Shown here one piece after another: positions 9,452 through 19,057 of a stretch of DNA of 58,941 bases. The position numbers and the translations under genes are program-made. The notes under the pieces are model-generated. The model did no database searches and was not told where the DNA came from. It saw only the letters and a program-made list of their open reading frames with translations. Position 1 is the first letter of the stretch, and each line of letters begins with the position of its first letter. Origin of the DNA: a virus (Duplodnaviria > Caudoviricetes); IMG/VR virus record IMGVR_UViG_3300010354_000100, positions 1 through 58,941 of that record; one strand, written 5' to 3'.

Positions 9452-10129
9452 ATGCCAAACTGGTGCTACAGCAACATAGACATCATCGGTGACCGGGACG
9501 AACTCCAGAGTTTCGTTGACGCAACCAAAGTTGTCGCAGAGGACGGAGTTGTCCATCACGGACTAAACCACCTCTTCCCAATTCCAGCAGAACTCCAAGC
9601 AACGCCGTCGGCGTGGTACGGAGACGCAGAAGAGCAGGCTAAGCAGACCGCCCTAGAAGAGGCGATGTTTGCTAAGTACGGCTACAGGAACTGGTACGAC
9701 TGGGCTTGCGACGACAAGAACTGGTCTACCAAGTGGGGTGCGTGTGACTTTGAGTGGACTTCGTTTGATATGGATGACAACTACATCGTCGGACCGACTG
9801 AGCCGTACATCTCTGCGAAATACCAGAGTGCGTGGGGTCCAGCAGACGGACTCATCCGCAATATCTCAGCCAAGTTCCCGAAACTTATCTTCACCGTGGT
9901 CTCCACAGAAGAGAGCGACGCATTCGTCTGCTACTCCATCTTCCGTAACGGATTGCTGGAAGCAGAAGGCGGTGAGGAGCCGGTACAGCCGAAAGAACTT
10001 GAGGAACTCTACGAGAAGGACCCTGACGCCTTCTACGAGCAACTCGGTGACTGGCAGTGCGAGTACCAAGACAAATGGTCCAATGAGTGCGACAAGGCTC
10101 TCTCTGGGCTGATGTCCAGCCAGAACTAG
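9452..10129 (+). CDS. DUF1281/YubB-like ferredoxin-fold protein
   Basis: MPNWC.N, NWYDW...NW.TKW, SAW.P motifs. Confidence 0.7.
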   Translation: MPNWCYSNIDIIGDRDELQSFVDATKVVAEDGVVHHGLNHLFPIPAELQATPSAWYGDAEEQAKQTALEEAMFAKYGYRNWYDWACDDKNWSTKWGACDFEWTSFDMDDNYIVGPTEPYISAKYQSAWGPADGLIRNISAKFPKLIFTVVSTEESDAFVCYSIFRNGLLEAEGGEEPVQPKELEELYEKDPDAFYEQLGDWQCEYQDKWSNECDKALSGLMSSQN

Positions 10130-10141
10130 GTCAATATGTGG

Positions 10142-10386
10142 GGGGTGACAGATTGTCACCCCTACTACATATTGTATGTGACACCCGACACAAGGGGTGA
10201 CAGTTTGTCAGGAGGGGGGTGACAGATTGTCACCCCTACCCCGGACACTACTGTCAGGGGGGGGTGACAGATTGACATTCCTTAACTGGTACAAGACCTC
10301 GGGAAACCCTTACCCAATAAGGCTTTGCGGGGTTTACGAATTTCCTAACCGTCCCTTAACCGTATTTATAACCGTCACTTAACCAC
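10142..10386. repeat. iteron-like palindrome cluster
   Basis: GGGGTGACAG(A/T)TTG(T/A)CA at 10142, 10194, 10216, 10261; TAACC(G/A) at 10346, 10357, 10369, 10380. Confidence 0.85.
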
Positions 10387-10479
10387 AACGCGCACATAAA
10401 TGTGCACGGAGGTTGTGAATGGTTAGACAACAATGTATAATGAAGATGTAATACCAACCAACATAGAAAGAAGAAAGCA

Positions 10480-10647
10480 ATGAGCAAGACCAAGACCAAG
10501 GCGCCAGCCTCCAAGTACCCACTCATCGCATTCCGCTTGACTGCAGATATGCAGAAGCAGATTGCGGTTGCGGCGAAGGAAGACGGCATCAGCAAGTCGG
10601 CTGTCATCAAGTCCGCCATCGAGGCGTACCTCAAGAAGCGCGGCTAG
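10480..10647 (+). CDS. ribbon-helix-helix (CopG-like) DNA-binding protein (not in ORF track)
   Basis: IAFRL...IAVAAKEDGISKSAVIKSAIEAYL. Confidence 0.75.
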   Translation: MSKTKTKAPASKYPLIAFRLTADMQKQIAVAAKEDGISKSAVIKSAIEAYLKKRG

Positions 10648-10699
10648 TCAACGTCCCTCGGGCTGGACACACCCAGCCCAAGGGAACGACACAGCGCTA

Positions 10700-10730
10700 A
10701 ATAAATCCGATATCCAAGGAACACCATATT
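10700..10730 (+). repeat. bipartite repeat copy 4
   Basis: AATAAATCCG-N8-GGAACACCATATT. Confidence 0.95.
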
Positions 10731-10858
10731 GTGTGGCAGGGGCAGTTTTACTGCCGGCCCGGACACCTCCAAGATTTTTTCATAAGAGGTTGTGTCTGTG
10801 TCCACTATGTGGTATCCTTGAATCATAAGCAATAACCAACCCAAGAAAGGCAATAGAA

Positions 10859-11086
10859 ATGAAAACCACCAACCCACAACAGAACACGGTTCGCAGCCGC
10901 ATGACCCAGTTGCGTATTGACGCAGGTCTCTCGCAAGAGGCACTCGCCAAAGCAGCAGGAATCGACCGCAAGACCGTGAATCGTATTGAGAACGGGCACT
11001 TCTCCCCGAACCTCGATACCTTCTTCCGTTTGTGCGTCGCGCTTGATGTGCGCCCAGCAGACCTCATGAAGGGAATCGGCAAGTGA
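10859..11086 (+). CDS. XRE-family HTH regulator
   Basis: LSQEALAKAAGIDRKTVNRIENG..SP.L. Confidence 0.9.
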   Translation: MKTTNPQQNTVRSRMTQLRIDAGLSQEALAKAAGIDRKTVNRIENGHFSPNLDTFFRLCVALDVRPADLMKGIGK

Positions 11087-11304
11087 GTCGCCCGACAATC
11101 GCGATGAAGCACTACGCAGACTCGCTCGTAGGTAAAACTGTTTCTCGTGTTCGCACGGTGACTCAGGCTGAGATGGATGACCTGATGTGGTTTCCTATCA
11201 GCAATCCGACCACCGTAATTGAGTTCACGGACGGGACATACGCGCTAGTCGCCGCCGACCCAGAACTCAACGGTACGGGCTTCCTAGACATCGGAAAGTA
11301 CTAA
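11083..11304 (+). CDS. hypothetical protein
   Basis: GTGA overlap. Confidence 0.65.
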   Translation: MSRPTIAMKHYADSLVGKTVSRVRTVTQAEMDDLMWFPISNPTTVIEFTDGTYALVAADPELNGTGFLDIGKY

Positions 11305-11313
11305 CCTGACCGC

Positions 11314-11469
11314 ATGGACAACCAAGAGACGATAAAGAAACTCGTGGACGAGGCCCTCGCCGGAATCTCCGGTAGAGACCTCGTGTCCTCGGCTGAGATG
11401 ACAGACCTGCTGCTTGACATCAGACTTCATCTTCTGACATCAGAAGTTGCGGAAACGCCAACTTCGTGA
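11314..11469 (+). CDS. small hypothetical protein
   Basis: MDNQETIKK...; fills the gap before the next promoter. Confidence 0.5.
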   Translation: MDNQETIKKLVDEALAGISGRDLVSSAEMTDLLLDIRLHLLTSEVAETPTS

Positions 11470-11516
11470 TACAATAGAGTCATAAGCAATAACCAACCCA
11501 ACAGAAAGAGAAAACA

Positions 11517-11891
11517 ATGAAAATCAAATCAACAGATAAACACACCAAGCACGGCGTACTCGTCGGTCACTGTGGCGTAGATAGCGGTCAGATTATGTTT
11601 GCTGACCCTTGCTATGTCAAGGACTTCCGTATGGAAATGGATGAGGAAGGCGGTCACTTCACTGCCGACCTCAAACCAGATGCTCGTGGTGAGTATCCAT
11701 TCACCTACAACGGTGCTTGCTCTGCTACTTGCTCGGATGAGCAGGCAGGGCAACTCGGTCACAGCACCGGCGTTGTAATGTCAAGCGGTTGGGGCGACGG
11801 TTGCTACCCCGTCTATGTCAAGTACGGAAGCGACGGGCGTGTTGCCAGCGCAACAATCGTGTTTGTCGGCGAGGACGATGATGAGTACTAA
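11517..11891 (+). CDS. DUF4241-like protein
   Basis: GVDSGQ...SGWGDG.YPVY. Confidence 0.7.
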   Translation: MKIKSTDKHTKHGVLVGHCGVDSGQIMFADPCYVKDFRMEMDEEGGHFTADLKPDARGEYPFTYNGACSATCSDEQAGQLGHSTGVVMSSGWGDGCYPVYVKYGSDGRVASATIVFVGEDDDEY

Positions 11892-12165
11892 GCCTTATCG
11901 TTTTCTAGCCGACGAGCGTTTTGTCATAAGCATGATGCCAGCCGACCTCAGAAATGAGGTTGCCGAAATCTTGGCGCAGAACCCCACCCACGAGGAAGCC
12001 TTGTGGTGGGGTGATGCCAGTGACGAGGACTACGAGCAACTTGCTTATTCCATGATGAACGACGACTATTTATGGAATGTGTGGCGTGAATGCTTTTATC
12101 GCTCAATGACAGAAGAAAAGCGACACATAGAAATCCGGCAAAAAGAGTTGCAAGACAAGCAATAA
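11881..12165 (+). CDS. hypothetical protein
   Basis: GAGG RBS; overlaps the previous stop. Confidence 0.6.
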   Translation: MSTKPYRFLADERFVISMMPADLRNEVAEILAQNPTHEEALWWGDASDEDYEQLAYSMMNDDYLWNVWRECFYRSMTEEKRHIEIRQKELQDKQ

Positions 12166-12280
12166 GGTGATACAATAGAGTTGTGGGCAGATGACATTCG
12201 TTCTGCTGTAAAGGGTTGAGGTTCTAGACCAAAAAGCCCGTTCCCACACTAAACCAATCAACTAACAGAAAGATAAAACA

Positions 12281-12748
12281 ATGGGATACTTCGTAAACAT
12301 AACTGACCAAAACTTCTTCGTATCAAAGGAAAACTTCGATGCGGCGTACAAGGCGATGTGCGCTCTCAACGACAGAGACGACCTGAAACACGGCGGCTCG
12401 TACGGTGGGGACGGAATCAACGCAGACAGCCCGCGACCGGAGGGTATGACCTACCACCCTGCTCGCTGGTTCTCGTGGATGCCCGCAAACTACCCAGAGG
12501 TGTGCAAGGACTTCATTTCAATCCTGCAACAAATGGGGTTTGATACAGACCTTGATGCTGACGGGAATCTTATTCTTGTCCACTACGACAACAAAGTAGG
12601 CGCAGAAGGTCACTTCTTTGAGGCAATCGCCCCGTTTGTAAAAGACGGGTCGTTCATTGAGTGGCGCGGCGAAGACGGTGCTGAATGGCGCTGGCTCTTT
12701 ACTGGCGGCAAGGTCGTTGAGCAATCGGCAACGAAAATCTGGGCATAG
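12281..12748 (+). CDS. hypothetical phage protein
   Basis: cassette leader; IAPFV..GSFIEWRGEDG..WRW.F. Confidence 0.75.
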   Translation: MGYFVNITDQNFFVSKENFDAAYKAMCALNDRDDLKHGGSYGGDGINADSPRPEGMTYHPARWFSWMPANYPEVCKDFISILQQMGFDTDLDADGNLILVHYDNKVGAEGHFFEAIAPFVKDGSFIEWRGEDGAEWRWLFTGGKVVEQSATKIWA

Positions 12749-12880
12749 AGCATTTCAAGGTTGCAAGAGTAACCTTGACGTGATACAATAGAGTTGTGGG
12801 GTTCGCAATGATACCCGAGTAAGAGTGCCGTAGTCGGTACCACCCCACACTCAACAAACTCAACACAGAAAGATAAAACA

Positions 12881-13315
12881 ATGACAAAAGATACATACGG
12901 TAAAAACAAATCAGTGCCATACAGCCACACGCGCGGAACTGTCTCTGACAACTCTCGCTATCTGACCGATGCGACCGATAAGGGCGTCACTCGGACAGAA
13001 GGCAACGACACTGTCATGACCCTCCGGAACTATCAGCAGTCGTGGTATTTCACGGAAACCAAGACTCGTATCAAGAACGGCGTCCCAGTCCAATTGCGGG
13101 CAAGTATTCGCCGCAATGCGTACGACGAACAGTCGGAAATCCGCTACGAGGTCTGGAACGGCGCCAAGTGGGAAGCCAAGCACATCCTGGGCATAGAGGG
13201 CACTCCCGTGGAGCACATCTCCTACGTGACGCCGCTCTACAAACTTGACACGGAAGTGTTTCGTCAGACCGCCGACATCGTCTGGGATATCGCTCGGGCG
13301 TACGGCGACCTATAA
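12881..13315 (+). CDS. hypothetical protein
   Basis: same ACAGAAAGATAAAACA leader as the 12281 gene. Confidence 0.7.
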   Translation: MTKDTYGKNKSVPYSHTRGTVSDNSRYLTDATDKGVTRTEGNDTVMTLRNYQQSWYFTETKTRIKNGVPVQLRASIRRNAYDEQSEIRYEVWNGAKWEAKHILGIEGTPVEHISYVTPLYKLDTEVFRQTADIVWDIARAYGDL

Positions 13316-13473
13316 CAAAACAAAAAATCACGCGAGTACAGTGGCTCGCGCGGTCGGGTCTTTCCTTCCCTTGTGTCCCGACCGTCGGCTCGTGGGCCGC
13401 TGGCGTTCTTTCCTTTCTGTCGCCAGCGGCCCCGCTGCCCGGCCCGGGTGCCCAAGGGAACGGCCGCGCCCTA

Positions 13474-13505
13474 AATAAATCCGAAATCTGTGGAACACCA
13501 TATTT
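13474..13505 (+). repeat. bipartite repeat copy 5
   Basis: AATAAATCCG-N8-GGAACACCATATTT. Confidence 0.95.
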
Positions 13506-13556
13506 TTGGGAGGCGGGCAGAGGCAATCATCTATTCCGGGGGCCACCGGGCGAAAG

Positions 13557-13577
13557 TTATCCACAGCCTGTGGATAA
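13557..13577. promoter_or_regulatory. inverted pair of perfect DnaA boxes
   Basis: TTATCCACA-gcc-TGTGGATAA. Confidence 0.8.
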
Positions 13578-13745
13578 ATAATCTTGTAAATAGGTTGTGG
13601 TTTCGGTATTTACCCTATACATTGTAAGTATGCGAGACGGACGAAAGAAAGTTTCGCAGAGAGTTGCAACAACGCTAACTCTGTGATACACTTAGTAATG
13701 TAAGTAATACCAACCACATCAACCAAACAAGAAAGGCAATACACA

Positions 13746-14792
13746 ATGTCCAAAGAAACCATGGAGTGGCTCAACTCCAACATTCTCGTCGGGTTCACCG
13801 ATGAGCGTGGTCATGCGTGGCACTACCGCGCCGACCTACAAGGCAACGAGCCGAACCACTACAAGGGCGCAGTCCCTACGGATGACATTCTCCGCAGACT
13901 GTTCTCGTGGAAGGCAATCAGCGCGCCAGTGTTCATCCGAGTCCCCGCGACTCTCGATGACGCGACGGGCGTTGATGACGCAGGCAATCCGTACAAGTTC
14001 ATTCAGGCAGGCAATCGGCAGGCAATCTTGCGCGATGACACGCTTGACCTAATGGAAATCTTCAAGGACGGATACCGTTCGCACCAATACGGCGAATGGC
14101 TCGTTCAGAACCTTGCGAACATCGTTGATGACGAAATCAACTTTGGCTCGGCAGGACTCTTGAAGAACGGCGCGGTCGCGTTCGTATCGTTGGAGATGCC
14201 AGAGTCGGTGGAAGTGTTGAGCGGATTCTCAGTCCGTCCGCACCTACTGGCAACGACATCGCACAACGGACAACTCGCCACGACATACAAGAGCGTTAGC
14301 ACATTCGTAGTGTGCGACAACACTCACGCTATGGCGATGGGAGAGAACACGAGTCAGTTCAAGGCTCGTCACAGCAAGAACTCCGTGATGCGGATTCAAT
14401 CCGCGCGCGACGCACTCGGCATCGTTCACAAGATGACCGATGACATCGTTGCGGAAGTTCTCGCACTCTCGTCGCACAAAGTGAGTGACGCACAGTGGGA
14501 GAAGGTTCTCACCGCGCTCGCGCCGATTCCGACGCTTGACGATGACAACGCAAACAAAGCGGCAGTGACTCGCGCGGAGAACAAGCGCGACGAACTCGTG
14601 AACCTCTACAACTACGACACGCGCGTAGCACCGTGGAAAGGTTCGGCTCTTGGGGTTCTCCAAGCGTTCAACACATACAACCACCACATCGTGGGCGCGA
14701 ATGGCAACCGCGCTGAGCGCAACATGATGAACGCGCTCATGGGCAAGACCGAGCAGTCTGACCGCAAGGTTCTAGACCTACTCGGAGTCTGA
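13746..14792 (+). CDS. DUF932 / phage-plasmid TIGR03299-like protein
   Basis: AWH, SAGLL..G, LL.T.SHNG, VVCDNT..A, RHS.N motifs. Confidence 0.85.
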   Translation: MSKETMEWLNSNILVGFTDERGHAWHYRADLQGNEPNHYKGAVPTDDILRRLFSWKAISAPVFIRVPATLDDATGVDDAGNPYKFIQAGNRQAILRDDTLDLMEIFKDGYRSHQYGEWLVQNLANIVDDEINFGSAGLLKNGAVAFVSLEMPESVEVLSGFSVRPHLLATTSHNGQLATTYKSVSTFVVCDNTHAMAMGENTSQFKARHSKNSVMRIQSARDALGIVHKMTDDIVAEVLALSSHKVSDAQWEKVLTALAPIPTLDDDNANKAAVTRAENKRDELVNLYNYDTRVAPWKGSALGVLQAFNTYNHHIVGANGNRAERNMMNALMGKTEQSDRKVLDLLGV

Positions 14793-14823
14793 CCGCAAGG
14801 TTCGGGTGGGGCGAGTCCCCACC

Positions 14824-14837
14824 CGAACACGCGTTCG
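14824..14837. promoter_or_regulatory. LexA (SOS) box
   Basis: CGAAC-ACGC-GTTCG. Confidence 0.7.
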
Positions 14838-15049
14838 CCCCGCGGACACGAATCCGCCCCCGGGCGGAAACAGGCTCCCCCGGGCGGGAGCAGGGGCCAC
14901 TCTGCGTGGCCGGCCGACCACAAAAGAAATCTTTCACAAGGTTGCGAAAGCGACCGCGATGTGATACAGTATAGGTAGGGCAGTTGCCCTGAGAATAATT
15001 ATCGCGTCCGAGTTGCGAAAGCGACAAAGATGTGATACACTTAGAGTAT

Positions 15050-15275
15050 AAGGCAATACGAATACAGTAAGCAATTACTGACAACACATAGGAATACATC
15101 ACTTACACAAGTTGTATCACCAGCAATACTTACCGACGACCGTCCTAGGCGGTCGGCTCGTAGTCCCTTCTGCGTCGAGCCTTCCCTGTCAGTCCCTGTA
15201 ATCCGACGCAGGCGGAGTTGCTATCCGCCGAGTGTCAGTATGTGCGCGACGACGGTCGCTGTCGGTAGTTGCTTA
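15050..15275 (+). ncRNA. putative structured ncRNA
   Basis: promoter at 15012 and no ORF; long closing helix 15122-15144 pairs with 15251-15273. Confidence 0.55.
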
Positions 15276-15318
15276 GTGTATCCGTATGTGATACACTGTA
15301 AATAGAAAGGTAAACACA

Positions 15319-15495
15319 ATGACAAACCAATACCGAGGGTTCATCTCGTTCGCCACGAGCGATGCCGAGTTTGACCTCTTCAAACACAAGATAAATCGTT
15401 ACTACAACTGGTGCGGTGCTCTTCGCATTGACCCGATGGATGACGAGAACTACAACTCATTCTGCGAGGCCGACTCGGTCTTAGAGAATGCCTGA
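15319..15495 (+). CDS. small hypothetical protein (not in ORF track)
   Basis: promoter plus GAAAGG RBS; MTNQYRG... Confidence 0.65.
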   Translation: MTNQYRGFISFATSDAEFDLFKHKINRYYNWCGALRIDPMDDENYNSFCEADSVLENA

Positions 15496-15566
15496 CCTAG
15501 GTCCCGGCGCGCCTTACCTCCTTTCCGCGCGCCGGGACCATCGGGCCCAAGGAAATCGCCGCGCCG

Positions 15567-15595
15567 AATAAATCCAACAATCAAGGAACACCATA
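15567..15595 (+). repeat. bipartite repeat copy 6
   Basis: AATAAATCCA-N8-GGAACACCATA. Confidence 0.9.
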
Positions 15596-15823
15596 AATTC
15601 GGGGGGCGGAGGCAGGTTTGCCGGGAGCAGGGGCAGGCCCCGGGCGACCGGCACAGGGCCGCACGCATCTCACCCGCTACTACTATTGTAGCACAAACTG
15701 ACGCAGAAAGCAACCCAAAAAGAAATTTATCTTTCTTCCCGTAGAGGTTGCTATCTGTCTAACAATATGGTACCATTGAGTTGTGGGGAATAAGCCCCAC
15801 CGAACAGAATAGGAGCAATAACA

Positions 15824-16045
15824 ATGGATACCGAACAGAAAGCACGACAGAGCGCAAATCTCTATTCGTGGAATACGAGAGTAGACCAAATCAGCGTTCG
15901 CCTAAATGGTGGATATGTGGAGGTCAAAATCGGGGATATCGCTATCTGCCTTGGCGCAGCAGCAGGCGTTGAGCCTCTTGACCTCGTCAAGAAGTTTGGC
16001 GAGGTAGAAGTGACCCAGACCACTACCGGAAAAATCAGGGTCTAG
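15824..16045 (+). CDS. hypothetical protein
   Basis: AGGAG RBS, cassette. Confidence 0.7.
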   Translation: MDTEQKARQSANLYSWNTRVDQISVRLNGGYVEVKIGDIAICLGAAAGVEPLDLVKKFGEVEVTQTTTGKIRV

Positions 16046-16161
16046 TCGGTCGGTCGGGCAGGTGGGATTACCTGCCCGACCACTACCGAGTTGTGAAACT
16101 TCCGAAAGTGTGATACACTTAGGGTACAAGGCAATACCAACCCAAGACAGGAGACAAGACA

Positions 16162-16389
16162 ATGGCAAACTTCCCCGTTCCCTTTCAGGGAACAAAGGAA
16201 CAACGAGATGCGAACTTCGCTACCCATTCGTGGGGTGCTTTCGGAGACGACTGCCCCGTGTGTATGGAGTGCGACGCTAAGGTCTGGCATCAGGCGGCTA
16301 ACTACCCCTGCGGCACAGAGCCCGACCGCATCACCTGCGATTACGACGAGTGGGTGGCTCTACTCCGTAGCGCAGTCGTGAAAGCGTAA
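16162..16389 (+). CDS. Cys/His-containing hypothetical protein
   Basis: AGGAG RBS; H.W...CMECD...PCG. Confidence 0.7.
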   Translation: MANFPVPFQGTKEQRDANFATHSWGAFGDDCPVCMECDAKVWHQAANYPCGTEPDRITCDYDEWVALLRSAVVKA

Positions 16390-16574
16390 ACAGAACGAGT
16401 GCGGCTGGTGGGGTTCACCTCCTTCCCCCACCAGCCCAAACTCGCCGGCAGCGGGCAGAGGCCGCCGGCAGCGGGCCGGAGGCAGAATTTCTCGCGTGGA
16501 GTTGCAAAACTCGCGTGAGTGTGATACACTTAGATTATCAGGAAATACCAACTCAACAGAAAAGGAAAATACAA

Positions 16575-16922
16575 ATGAGAACCTACACAATGGCAATTAT
16601 TGACCGCGAAGGTCGCGACTGCGACGCTCACGAAGTAATCCGCCAAATCGGCAGAATGAACACATACGCCATTAGCGGCGGCGTGTGGTCTCCACTGCGA
16701 GACAGCACCGACCAAACGCGCATTATCGGCGCGTGGCTTCACTGCGGCACCTCGCGCGCCGTTGAGGTAGTCCTTGATTGGGACGATACCTACATTGTGC
16801 GCCGCGTCCGCCGCATTACGCGAGGCGTAGACCGCAATAACGGCGTGGTGGAGTTTGAGCAAAAAGGCGTCTACTGCGACGAACTAGCCGAAGTTGCCTA
16901 CCGCGCGAGTTGCTGGCGATGA
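16575..16922 (+). CDS. hypothetical phage protein
   Basis: AAGGA RBS; L.WDDTY.V...VYCDEL. Confidence 0.75.
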   Translation: MRTYTMAIIDREGRDCDAHEVIRQIGRMNTYAISGGVWSPLRDSTDQTRIIGAWLHCGTSRAVEVVLDWDDTYIVRRVRRITRGVDRNNGVVEFEQKGVYCDELAEVAYRASCWR

Positions 16923-17095
16923 ACCAACAGCACCACTACGGCGCGTTCAGGAACTTCGAGGGCTGGGAGGTCTGGCTCTATGACGGGACTACACGCGTAG
17001 ACCGAGAGCGGGGAAACTTCCGCTCTGAGCAAGATGCCCGCCGTTACGCAAGTCGCCTAAACAGTTGCAAAATAGCAGAAAGTGTGATACACTAG
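16919..17095 (+). CDS. small hypothetical protein (paralog of the next gene)
   Basis: EGWEVW...F.SEQDARR.A..LN. Confidence 0.6.
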   Translation: MNQQHHYGAFRNFEGWEVWLYDGTTRVDRERGNFRSEQDARRYASRLNSCKIAESVIH

Positions 17096-17099
17096 AACT

Positions 17100-17288
17100 A
17101 TGAGAACAAAACACCCATACCCATACAACTACCAAGTATTCCCGACCCGCGAGGGCTGGGAACTGTGGTTCTGCGACGAGAACGAGCCGGAGAGCCGCGA
17201 ACAAGTGTTTGCCACCGAGCAGGAAGCACGGCGGGCAGCGGCACAACTGAACTTGGAGTACGAACTCCACAACATTCCCACGCCGTAA
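17100..17288 (+). CDS. small hypothetical protein (leaderless)
   Basis: EGWELW...F.TEQEARR.A..LN; ATG 7 nt after the -10. Confidence 0.65.
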   Translation: MRTKHPYPYNYQVFPTREGWELWFCDENEPESREQVFATEQEARRAAAQLNLEYELHNIPTP

Positions 17289-17375
17289 GGTTGCGAAACC
17301 CCAAAGCGTGTGATACAATAATACTAGTGGGGCAACCGCTCCACTAGAAACCAAACAGGAAAGGCATACAACATA

Positions 17376-17786
17376 ATGAGTAAGACAATAAATGTGCGAG
17401 TGACAAAGGCAAAATTGCTTGCGGCACTCAAAGCAGCACTAGCGAAGCAGGAACAGGAAGCCAAGGACTACGCCAACGCAGAGAAGGCGCGGGCGAAGGC
17501 AACCGCCGACATCAAGAAGTCGGTGGCGGCACTCGTCAAGTCAGGCAAACTGACCCCGAAGGAAGTCTCCTTCCCATACTCGTACCGTCACGATACGAAC
17601 GAGTTTGAGGAAGTGACCGTCACCTTCTCGCACAAAATCACTCTGCCCAAGAAGGACAATCGCTTCTGCGAGCACACCAACAGGGCAGCAGTAGAGGAAC
17701 TCAGCAACGCAATCCGCGTTCTGGAACTCACCGACGAGGAGTATGTCCGTACTTCCTCCTACGGCGCAGTAGCCAAGTACCTCTAA
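17376..17786 (+). CDS. hypothetical coiled-coil protein
   Basis: cassette promoter and RBS. Confidence 0.75.
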   Translation: MSKTINVRVTKAKLLAALKAALAKQEQEAKDYANAEKARAKATADIKKSVAALVKSGKLTPKEVSFPYSYRHDTNEFEEVTVTFSHKITLPKKDNRFCEHTNRAAVEELSNAIRVLELTDEEYVRTSSYGAVAKYL

Positions 17787-17868
17787 GCAGGTTCGGCTGG
17801 TGGGGCTCTCCTTACCCACCAGCCACAACCCGCCGCCGGGCAGAGGCCAAGGGAAACGCAGCGCGTGG

Positions 17869-17896
17869 AATAAATCCGATTATCTTGGAACACCAT
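17869..17896 (+). repeat. bipartite repeat copy 7
   Basis: AATAAATCCG-N8-GGAACACCAT. Confidence 0.95.
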
Positions 17897-18032
17897 TTCT
17901 TGCGCGGAGGCAGGGGCAGGCGGGCCGGCCACGCAGAGTGGTCGCCGGCCACCCAGAGTGACCAGCCGGCTGTAATCAGATTGTAATACTAATAGTGTTG
18001 CAAATCTGTCTAACATACCCTACAATCTAAGT

Positions 18033-18353
18033 ATGACACACACACAAGGAACCAGCCCGTACGCTGGACGCGCAATACCCGAATGGACATCAGTGGAGGA
18101 ATTCACGGAATACTGCCGTGAGTTCTATTCAGTAGAGCGTCCAGGTGCTATCTATCCATTCGCCTACGAAATGGAGATAGTCACCGCTGTCAATGCCCAC
18201 CTAACGGACCCGAACCCGCTATTCCCGTTTGACGGAGATAGCGCCGACCGTGAGGCTGTCCGTGACCGCATCCTCGCGGAGCGCCGTTTGACGGGCTTTG
18301 AGGAATGTGACTTTGACAGGGCAGTAGAGGTTGGCAAAACTAAGATAGTGTGA
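18033..18353 (+). CDS. hypothetical phage protein (leaderless)
   Basis: F..YC..FY...IYP...F.GDS.DRE.VRD. Confidence 0.7.
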   Translation: MTHTQGTSPYAGRAIPEWTSVEEFTEYCREFYSVERPGAIYPFAYEMEIVTAVNAHLTDPNPLFPFDGDSADREAVRDRILAERRLTGFEECDFDRAVEVGKTKIV

Positions 18354-18407
18354 TACACTGTAAGTAGTAGGGCAATCCCGCCCTACGCAACGGAATAGGA
18401 GAACCCA

Positions 18408-18641
18408 ATGGCAAGAGTAAGACAATACAGATACGAACCCGTAGGTATGGACATCTTTGATGCCCGCAAGTACCAGCCAGCACGCGGCACGCTCGTCGTG
18501 AAATGCTCTGGCGGTGCAGGCGCGCCACCCAATGGCACTATGGGCCACTGCTATGTCAAAGACGCGATTACAGGCGCGTTCTATGGCCTAGTGCTGGTGA
18601 AGTCCCTCGTCCCCGCTGGCCTCGTCTCTACCGAAAGGTAG
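18408..18641 (+). CDS. hypothetical protein
   Basis: AGGAG RBS; GAPPNGTMGHCYV. Confidence 0.7.
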   Translation: MARVRQYRYEPVGMDIFDARKYQPARGTLVVKCSGGAGAPPNGTMGHCYVKDAITGAFYGLVLVKSLVPAGLVSTER

Positions 18642-18791
18642 GGCCGAGTCCGCGCGGCGGGCCGGAGACACTGGCGTGGTGGGGCCCAGCACGATTGCGA
18701 TGCTTAGCGCTCGCATAGCACAACGGCCTCGCCCGCCAGTGTTGCAAAACATAAACTAATGTGATACACTATAAATAGAAGGGAGAACCCA

Positions 18792-18947
18792 ATGGATAAA
18801 AAACTAACGTGGTGGGACTACTTGCCAGATGATGTGCAAGAAGGCCTCGCACCGCTCACGGAAGAAGACTTCTGGGAGGCAATGGCGGAAGCCCGCAATT
18901 GCGACGTCTCGGAAATCGGAGACCGCGACCCAATCGAATTCCTCTGA
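18792..18947 (+). CDS. small acidic protein (not in ORF track)
   Basis: promoter plus GGGAG RBS; MDKKLTWW... Confidence 0.65.
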   Translation: MDKKLTWWDYLPDDVQEGLAPLTEEDFWEAMAEARNCDVSEIGDRDPIEFL

Positions 18948-19028
18948 TTGGCAAGCGTGCCGGCATCGCCTCCTTGGTGCCGGCACGCAACGCCAGCGGG
19001 CAGAGGCCAAGAGAAACGCCGCTCGCGA

Positions 19029-19057
19029 AATAAATCCGATTACGAAGGAACACCATA
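19029..19057 (+). repeat. bipartite repeat copy 8
   Basis: AATAAATCCG-N8-GGAACACCATA. Confidence 0.95.
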
